Assembly (NCBI RefSeq): GCF_044704955.1 | Contig: NC_091980.1 | Location: forward strand, 129,332,001 to 129,396,000 | DNA from: Pristiophorus japonicus | Lineage: Eukaryota | Reading direction: 5' to 3' | Length of the DNA stretch: 64,000 nucleotides | Shown here: positions 54,692 through 64,000 of the stretch, piece by piece | Layout: every line of letters starts with the position of its first letter | How positions within the stretch are numbered: the first letter of the stretch is position 1 | Translations under genes and position numbers: made by a program | The notes under the pieces: model-generated | What the model was told of the DNA's origin: nothing | Database searches by the model: none | What the model saw: only the letters and a program-made list of their open reading frames with translations

Positions 54692-56655
54692 GAGTCATAC
54701 AATGTTGCCAGAAAAAGTAGCAAGCTTGAGGATTGGGAGCAGTTTAGAATTCAGCAAAAAAGGACCAAGAGATTGATTAAGAGGGGGGAAAATAGAATAT
54801 GAGACGAAACGTGCAAGGAACATAAAAACCGATGTAAATGTTTCTCCAAGTGTGTAAAAAGAAAAAGATTAGTGAAGACAAATGTAGGTCCTTTAGTCAG
54901 AAATGAGATAATTTATAATGGGGAACAAGGAGATGGCAGAACAATTAATACTTTGGTTGTGTCTTCTCAGAAGAGAACACAAATAACATCCCAGAAATGC
55001 TAGGGAACTAAGGATCTAGTGAGCAAGAGGAATTAAAGGAAATTATTATTAGTCAACATGAATTTATGAAAGGAAAACCGTGTTTGACAAACCTACTGGA
55101 GTTTTTTTTTGAGGCTATAACTGATAAATTAGATAAGGGAGAACCAGTGGATGTAATGTATTTGGATTTTCAGAAGGCCTTGGATAAAGTCCCAGAAGAG
55201 TTGTGTGCAAAATTAAAGCACATCGAATTGGGGGTAATATACTGGCATAGATTGAAAATTGGTTAATTGATAGGAAACAGCGAATAGGAATAAACAGGTC
55301 TTTTCCTGGGTGGTGGGTAGTGATTAGTGTGATACAAGGATCAGTGCTTGAACTCTAGCCAATCACAAATAGGTTGAGGAGGAAACCAAATGTATTATTT
55401 CCAATTTTTTCCCCAATACATGTCCTGCTACAGTTTTACAGGGCCTTGGTGAGACCACACCTGGAGTATTGTGCGCAGTTTTGGGTCTCTAAGCATGAGA
55501 AAGCACAGCAAAGGCTTACCAGACTGATTCCTGGGATGGAAGGATTGTCGAACAAAGAGATTGGGGTCGATTAGGCCTACATTCACTAGAAGAGCGATAG
55601 CAGATCTTATTGAAACATAAAATTCTGACTGGGTTAGATAGACTGGATGCAGGGAGGATGTTTCCCCTGGCTAGGAAGTCTAGAATAAAAAAAAAGAGGC
55701 ACAAGCTCAGGATACAGGGTAGGAAATTTAGCACTGAGATGAGACATTTTCAGTCAGAGAGTGGTGAAGCTAGGGAATTCTTGACCACAGAAGGTAGTGG
55801 AGCCAAGTCATTGAATATATTTTTTAGGAAGGATATAGATATCTTGATACAAAGGCATGAAGGACAATGGGGTAAAAGCAGGAATATGGTGACTTAAAGG
55901 ATCAATTATCATATTGAATGGCATAAAGGGCCAAAAAGCCTACTACTGCTTCTATTTATGTTTTTATGAATATATGTCAATATATTTAAATTACCACAGC
56001 AAAATTGCTCTTCACTAATGCCAGGGCCAATAGTTATTAAAATAGGATTCTAATTCAGGACTTTCTTCACAGGACTGAAGTGGTGCAACACTGATTTACT
56101 GGCAAAATTTCAGTTTAACATGTTTCAACTTGCAGTTTGTTGGATTAAAAATTGTCATTTATGCAAGGGCTGATTATTGGAAGAAGTAATTTTATACAGC
56201 TGTCCAAGTCCCAAGCTCTGGAGCTCCCTCCCCAAAACATCTCTGCACCTCCTTAACTCTGCTTTTGGTCACTGGGCCAATAACCCAGCAGGCTGTCAAC
56301 TGTCTGAATGCACCCTTGAAACATTTTAGATCTTACAACAGGGGCCTGAATGGCCCAGTCAATACAAAAAACAACATTACACAAGAGGATAAACAAATTT
56401 CATTGGATTAAATCCCATAGCACTGTTACACAGCCCTGTATAATTCTTGTTTGATGTAAACCACATTATGTTAAATGAAAAATAAGCATCCACTCAAACT
56501 TAAAAAGGAGACAAAACCCAATCCAATGTTGAACAATTTATTTAGAGTGATGGTCTCAGCTCTTTGCACAAAGTCACAAACAATCATTTCCTACAGGAAA
56601 GGGTCTAATTATAAATATATGTACTAAACACAACAAGCTTGATCCAGTCAGTTTA

Positions 56656-56826
<171 letters not shown>

Positions 56827-58116
56827 TTATGTCCAGGAGCAGATATCAAGGAATGTCAACTTCTGCTTGAGAATTTAAATTTTAATTCATCTTGAACTGG
56901 AGGATAGTCAAGTGCTGCAATTGGGATTGAAGTAATTACTGCAACATCAGATTAAATTTTCTGCATAATAGGTGCTCAGATCTTGGGATCAGACACACCT
57001 TTACGAGTCTATGTCCACAGTAGGCCAACTACCCCCATTCCTTTCCACAACTCAAAAATAATCCATCAACAAAGCTATTAGGCATGGGGAGCCTTTAATT
57101 AGGCTCAAGCACAGCAAGATTCCACAACCTCCAACTTACCCAAAAGCCCACATTAAAATTATTAACAACTTACATGAGGATCTGTCCTCCCAGTGGAGAG
57201 TTTGTGCAGATCCAGCAGACTCTGGTTTACATTCTTCTCCATCTGCAGAGCTCTCTGCATCACCTCCAGACCATTGCTCCACTCATCCTGCGCTGGTTTC
57301 TGGAAACAAAAAACAATTCACATAATGTATTAAACAAACATACAATAAAAAAGATCAACATTACCATGAACCAATGTGTTAGCCTCATAGCAATTTTATA
57401 TTCTATCACAAACATTGGAGTCATATTGATGAAGCAAACAGCATATTTAAGGGAAGGCTAGGCAAGTGCATGGTAGACAAGTGAATAGAATAATATGTTG
57501 ATTGGGTTAGATGAAGCCAGGAGAGAGAGGAGGCTCATGTGGAGCATAAAAACTGGCATTGACCAGATTGGAACCAATTCCAGCTTTAGCATGTATTGGG
57601 AACAATCAGTCCAAGGGGATCCAGACACAATGCCACACATTTATTGAATCAAACCTTGATGTCCAAGATGATTCAGCCTCCACGCAGATTCTGGAATTCC
57701 ATCAGTTTCTCAGCATGCTCATGTTCCTCATGTGACTGTTCCTTGAAGAACTCAGCAACGTGACGCAGGGCAACATCATCCCAGTCAAAGTAGAAGGACT
57801 GCAGAGAGAATTTAAAACAGCTTCTTTAGACCTTGATCTTCACATACAATGCAATATTATTATTTTTGCCCCAGTTAGTGAATTCTTAAACCTTCAAAAA
57901 TAGATACCATTTGTTAGCTAGCAAAATGCAATTCACTTGAGTTGAGCCTCACCTCCCTATTACAGGATGAAAGGTGCAATCAGCAAAGAAAAACTATAAA
58001 CTAAAATTCAGGATTATATTTCATGTCCAGTCAAACTAAATTCAACTCCTGGATAAACGATACCTCCTCTACTTTGTTATTTACACAAAACTTCTGTCCT
58101 CAGGTGGGTGTGAAAT

Positions 58117-58119
<3 letters not shown>

Positions 58120-58191
<72 letters not shown>
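58120..58191. repeat. (GA)n microsatellite in copy 6 intron 1
   Basis: About 36 perfect units; absent in copy 4. Confidence 0.97.
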
Positions 58192-58194
<3 letters not shown>

Positions 58195-58581
58195 AGTGGA
58201 CTAGGCCTCTATTCTCCAGAGTTTAGAAGGATGATCTCATTGGAAATACACAAAATTCTTATAGGGCTTGAAGGATTAGACACAGGGAGGATGTTTCCCC
58301 TTGCTGGAGTCTAGAACCCAGGGTCACAGTCCCTTAAGGGGTCAGCCATTTAGGACTGAGATGAGAAATTTCTCCACTCAACAGGGTGGTGAATCCTTGG
58401 AATTCTCCACCACAGGGGCTGTGGAGGCTCCGTCATTGAGTATATTCAAGACAGAGCAATAGATTTGTGGATATTAAGGGTATCAATGGATATTGGGACA
58501 GTGCAGCAAGTAGAGTTGAGGTAGATCAGCAGCAATGATCTTACTGAATGATAGAACAGGCTTGAGGGGTAAAGAACACTC

Positions 58582-60417
58582 GACATACAACATGAGAAAT
58601 AGGAGCAGGAGTAGGCCACACAGCCACTCGAGCCTGCTCTGCCATTTAATACAATCATGGCTGATCTGATCATGGCCTCAGGTCCACTTCCCTGCTTGCT
58701 CCCCATAACATCTTTAAGAAACTGTCTATTTCAGTCTTAGTTTATAGAATGTCCCAGCTTCCACAGCTCAGAGGCAGCAAATTCCACTGATTTACAACCC
58801 TCAAGATATTTCTCCTCAGTTTTAAATGGACAGCCCCTTATTCTAAGATTATGCCCTCTAGTTCTAGTCTCCCCCATCAGTGGAAACATCCTCTATATCC
58901 ACCTTGTCAAGCCTCCTCAAAAATCATGTTTTGATAAGATCACCTCATTCTTCTGAATTCCAATGTCTAGAGGCCCAACCTATGCTCAAGTCAACCCCTT
59001 CATCTCCAGAAATCAGCCTAGTGAACCTTCTCTGAACTGCCTCAAGAGCAAGCTTATCCCTTCATAAATATGGAAACCAAAACTGCACTCAGTATTCCAG
59101 GTGTGGCATCACCAATACCATGTATAACTGTAGCAAGACTACCCTGCTTTTATATTCCATCCCCTTTGAAATAAAGGTCAGGATTCCATTGTCCACCCTA
59201 ATCACTTGCTGTACCTGCATACTATCCTTTTGTAATCCATGCACAAGTACCCACAGGTCCCACTGTACTGCAGCATTTTGCAATTTTTCCTCCATTTAAA
59301 TAACTGGCTTTGATTTTTTTCTGCCAAAGTGCAGGACCTCACACTTTCCAACATTGTACTCCATCTGCCAAATTTTTGCCACTCACTTAGCCTGTCAATG
59401 TCCTTTGGCAGATTTTTGGGTGTCCTCCTCACACATTGCTTTTCCTCCTATCTTTGTAATGTAGCCAAGTTTACTGACAATACACTTAGTCCCTTCTTCC
59501 AAGTCATTATAGATTGTAAATAGTTGGGGTCCCAGCATGGATCTCTGCAGCACCTCACTAGTTACTCATTGCCAACTAGAGATTGAACCATTTATCCCAA
59601 CTCTTCTGTTGGTTAGCCAATCCTCTAGCCATGCTAATATTACCTCCAAAGCCCATGAACTTTTATCTTGTGCAGTAACCTTTTATGTGGCACCTTGTCA
59701 CATGCCTTCTGGAATCCAAATATACCACATCCACTGGTTCCCCTTTATCCATCCAGTTCATTACATACTCAAAAGAATTCCAGCAAATTTGTCAAACAAC
59801 TTCCCCTTCATAAATCCATGCTGACTGCCTGACCAAATTTCCTCTAACTGGTTTATAGTTTCCTGATTTATATAGACAGACATTTGTAGTTTTCTGAAAC
59901 TGTTGGGAACTCCCCAGAATCCAGGGAATTTTGGTAAATTACAACCAATGCATCCACAATCCCTGCCTCTACTCCTCTTCAAGACCCTAGGATGCAAGCC
60001 ATCAGGCTCAGGGGATGTATCTGCCTTACTGAGTACCACCTCCTTAGTGATGGTGATAGTTCCTCCCCCCTATAGGAATATTTTTAGTGTCCTCTACCAT
60101 ACAGACTGATACAAAATATTTGTTCAGAGTTTACCATCTCCATGTTCCCCATTACTAATTCCAGTCTCACCCTCTAAGGGACCAACATTTACTTTAGCCA
60201 CTCTTCCTTTTTAATATACCTATAGAAACTCTTGCTTTCTGTTTTTATATCTCATGCTAGTTTACTTTAGTCTAGCATCCTTTCATAAACATTTTTTAAG
60301 TCAATCTTTGCTGGCTTTTAAAAGCTTCCCAATCTTCTGTCCTCCCACTAGTTTTGGCCACTTTGTATGACCTTGTTTTTAAAATTGGATACCATCCTTT
60401 ATTTCTTTAGTTAGCCT
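58582..60417 (-). mobile_element. Decayed CR1 LINE in copy 6 intron 1
   Basis: SPEPDGLHPRVLK, QHGFMKGK and VMPHLEY remnants; absent from copy 4. Confidence 0.85.
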
Positions 60418-61318
60418 AATCCTGCTTCTATGTTCTAGGTACTACTTGAGAGTAGGGGAGATTTCTGCAGTGTCCTGGCAAATATTTATCCCTTAGCCAA
60501 CACACTGAAACCAATGATCTGATCATTATCCCATTGCAGTTGGAGAGCTTACTGTGCAGTAATTGGCTACTGCATTTCCCACATTACAACAGGTGACTAC
60601 ACTGAACTACTTCATTGGTTACAAAGCACTTTGGGACATTCCAAGGTAGTGAAAGGCACTATAGAAATGATGATTCTTCCATTCTAATCCAAGTTTGGAC
60701 ATAGAGTGAGAAATATCCTCCACTCCAGTAGTTTCCACAGCAAGTGGGCAATAGAGATCTCAGCAGTGAGCAAGGCTCCAACACCAGGATTCTCAGTACT
60801 TCACCTCCAATTAATGAGAACACTAGTGAGGAGCTGCCCACATTTCACTAACTACAGTCCCCCACTGAAACTGAACATTGTTTCAGGTCAACAGGCCCCT
60901 AACCAGGTTTGTGCTCTTCTGTTGCACTCAGGCAGCAGCAGAGCAGGTTTCAGATATTACACCTCAATAAAGGGCAGCTGCTACAGGGAGCAGTCCATTA
61001 ACTCAACAAGATCCCCTTGTATTACACACCTGAAGTCCTCACTGCCCAAAGACTCTTCTCCCCCAGGGAATGAAGTTCAAAGAAATACAGCTTAAAGCCA
61101 GTTCATGGAACTGGAGAATTAACAACTTTTCAGAATGCAACAACAAGGAATACACAACTCACCATGGAGAGGTAAATATAGGAGGAACAGAGCTCCATGT
61201 TGATCTGCTTGTTGACAGCAGCATCACAGTCCTGGTGGTAGTTCTGACACACTTGGGAGGCCATCATTACTATCACCTACACAATTCTGGCACTAACCCT
61301 GTCTCACACAAGCTCCTG

Positions 61319-61475
61319 TATTTATACTACTGGAACAGCCTACATTCTAACAAGGAGTGTCATGACCAATGATGATTGACAATCCCTGAGAGCCAGTCAG
61401 GAATCTTCCCTGAATTCAAGCACCAATTAAAAAGGAGAGGGTGTGTGGGGAAGGGAGTGAGACCCAGAGCCAATC
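61319..61475 (-). promoter_or_regulatory. Copy 6 core promoter
   Basis: TATAAATA at 61319-61326 and several CCAAT boxes; homologous to the copy 4 promoter. Confidence 0.6.
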
Positions 61476-64000
61476 AGAGCTTTGTAAAACATGACATTCG
61501 GCCCAACCAGTCCATGGCGGCATTCATGCTCCACTTGAGCCTCCTCCCGTCTTTCCTACTCTAAATCTATCAACATAAGCCTGTAATCCCTTCTCCCTCT
61601 TATGCTTTTCGAGCCTACCCTTAAATGCTTCCCTACTATTCATTAAACCACTCCCTGTGGTAGTGAGTTCCATAATCTCACCACTCTGCATAAAGAAATT
61701 TCTCCTGAATTCCCTATTGGATTTCTTGGTGACTATCTTATATTGATGGCCTCTAGTTTTGCTCTTCCCCACAAGTGGAAACATTCTCTCCGTATCCACT
61801 CTATCAAACCTTTCATAATTATAAGGACCTCTATTAGGTCACCACCCCCCCCCCAGCCTTCTCCTTTCAAGAGTACATAGACCGATCCTGTTCATCCTTT
61901 CCTGATAGGTATACCCTCACATTTCTGGTATCATCCTTGTAAATCCTTTTTACATCCTCTTCAGTTGTTCTGTAACTGTGCCTCATCATAGATTCATACA
62001 GCACAGAAGGAGGCCATTCAGCCCAACGTGCCTGTGCAGGCTCTTTGAAAGAGGGATCCAATTAGTCCCACTCCTCAGCTCCTTCCCCATAGCCCTGCAA
62101 TGTTTTTCTTTCCTCCTATATATCTAATTCCCTTTTCAAAGTTACTGTTGAATCTGCTTCCACGGCCCTTTCATGGCAGCACGTTCCAGATCACAACAAA
62201 TTGCTGCGTAAAAAAAATTCTCATCTCTCTGCTCTGGTCCTTTGCCATTCATGTTGGTGTTTCTCTGAGATCCAAAGCTGTAATGTCTGGTTTCAGTGCA
62301 GAAGTGGTTCAGTCCTGGATTAGCTGATGAGAGGCGTTCGGTGGATTAAAACTCTGCTTTAGATGGGGCAGAGAGGATGGCAATGATTCAGATCCGGAGC
62401 CACCAATCACACCACAGGTCCTTATAATTATGAAAGTTTTGATGGAGTGGATAGAGAGAGAGAATGTTGAACCACCTGAATCAAACATGTATCTGGGTAT
62501 TTACACCTGTATTGGTCAAAGGATCCATGATGCAGTCACAAAGGGCTTTGAGCAAACTGATGGACATCACATGGTCACACTCAATGGCCACCCCGATGGG
62601 CACCAGAGACTTCGATTCAGGCCTGTTACTGGGTCTGAGGGAACCTTTGATTCTTTCCACAGGATCTCTTTGAATTCATCATGTAATGGGAACCCATCAG
62701 TGAGAGATCAGGTAAACTGGTCAGTGCTCAAACCATCATCCTGAAATGAGATAGACCCGGAACTTCGGAACAAAGGAAGTTATTGGCACCCAGACTCGCT
62801 GAAGCCTTTGTCCCCAGGAAGAGCCCGGTAACAAAGACACAGGCCAGAGATGTGATTCATGCTCTTCAGTTGGGCCTTCACAGGCAAAGGACAGTTTTTT
62901 GGCGCAAGGATTCAGTAACATTTTTTAGGTATAAGAGAAGACAGTTTGCTGCCATCTCTCATTCCTCTTCTACACTTGCTTGCTTCGTTCAACGCATTCA
63001 GGGACCGAGTACTCTGTCTGGGACAGAGAGAATAAACCATCTACGAGAAAAAAGAGCCTCACTATTTTGACTGGGAACCTGACCTTGAGACTCGGACTTG
63101 CAAACCACAGGTTGGTACCGAACCAGAAGATACGACGCATCGGGAGAAGCAGCGAGTAAGCCAGAGGGGTAACTGGTGAGCATTATCCCAGCCCACATAT
63201 CCTTTAGACCACCGCATAGTGTGAAGGGGTGTCGTGTGTCCCATTCAAGCATTAGGAGTTTAGGCATAAGCACAGTCTGTTGGACAGATTGGATCAATAT
63301 TGCACCACTCAATCAGGAGTGTGTTAGTAGTGGATACTTTGCAGTAGGGGCCTGTTCAGATGGGGCAGTGTTGTGTGTTTTACTGTGTTTGTTTCACACC
63401 ACCAGGGTGTTTTATACTGGAAGCAAGTGTGTGCTTTAACTCGAATAAAAGCATTGTGATGGTTGAGACTGAAAGATCTGTCTATAATGGTGTATGCTGT
63501 TCACTACTATAATCCTGGGGTCTAGAAGTGATTAAGGGGGTGGGGGAATGGGGAAGGGTGATTTGAAATAACAGAGCAAAACCACTTACAATACCATGGG
63601 TTCAGGGAGCTCCCACAATGAGCTCAGACATTGCTGGTCTCCACAATCATTCCATGCTACTTTATCCACAAAATTGACCAGAAAGTCTACAGCAGCAGCA
63701 TGGAGTTTGGTTGTGTGAGTGACCTGCAGTGTATCCCACAGGGACAACTCAGTGGGATTGGTAGAAGCTTACTTTAAAATACCTAGACTGTTCTTCCCAG
63801 GGCAGATACCATACTTGAAATTGGATTGTTCCTGGAATTAAATGGTGTCACTCTAATTCATTGTTAAAATGCAAGGAGAGTTTGCCAACATTACAGCAGC
63901 TGAGAGTTTGTTATGTTGAGGGACTAAAGAGAGCTGCCATTGATGCAAAGAGCAGAAAGAATATTTACCAGTAGAAGCAGTTACTGTGGCCCAAGCTCAG

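Noticed and set aside
57673-57675. In-frame TGA as selenocysteine or readthrough
   Set aside because: It replaces an Arg CGA codon (CpG transition), co-occurs with other damaging changes, and no SECIS-like element was evident in the short 3' UTR.

Overview
Vertebrate genomic DNA, most likely from a cartilaginous fish (inferred from CR1 LINEs with (TTTCTATG)n tails and a characteristic 33-bp SINE-derived minisatellite). The window holds a head-to-tail array of six 4-exon ferritin heavy-chain-like genes, all on the minus strand. Copy 1 has exons 1-3 open and exon 4 lies just off the left edge. Copy 2 is complete (181 aa, extended C-terminus). Copies 3-6 each carry different disabling lesions: 5' deletion; 11-nt frameshift; splice-donor deletion plus 3' loss; nonsense codon. 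None of the five 5' UTRs present has an intact iron-responsive element (three show a decayed one), and all five exon-1 sequences lack the Arg that human FTH1 uses to bind NCOA4, yet the ferroxidase ligands are kept. The spacers are mosaic segmental duplications filled with nested retroelements: three Ty3/Gypsy proviruses (two nested), solo LTRs, CR1, CR1/L2-group, RTE, Tx1-like, L2 and Penelope fragments. Coordinates were read by eye and no database searches were run. Residue numbers follow mature human FTH1.
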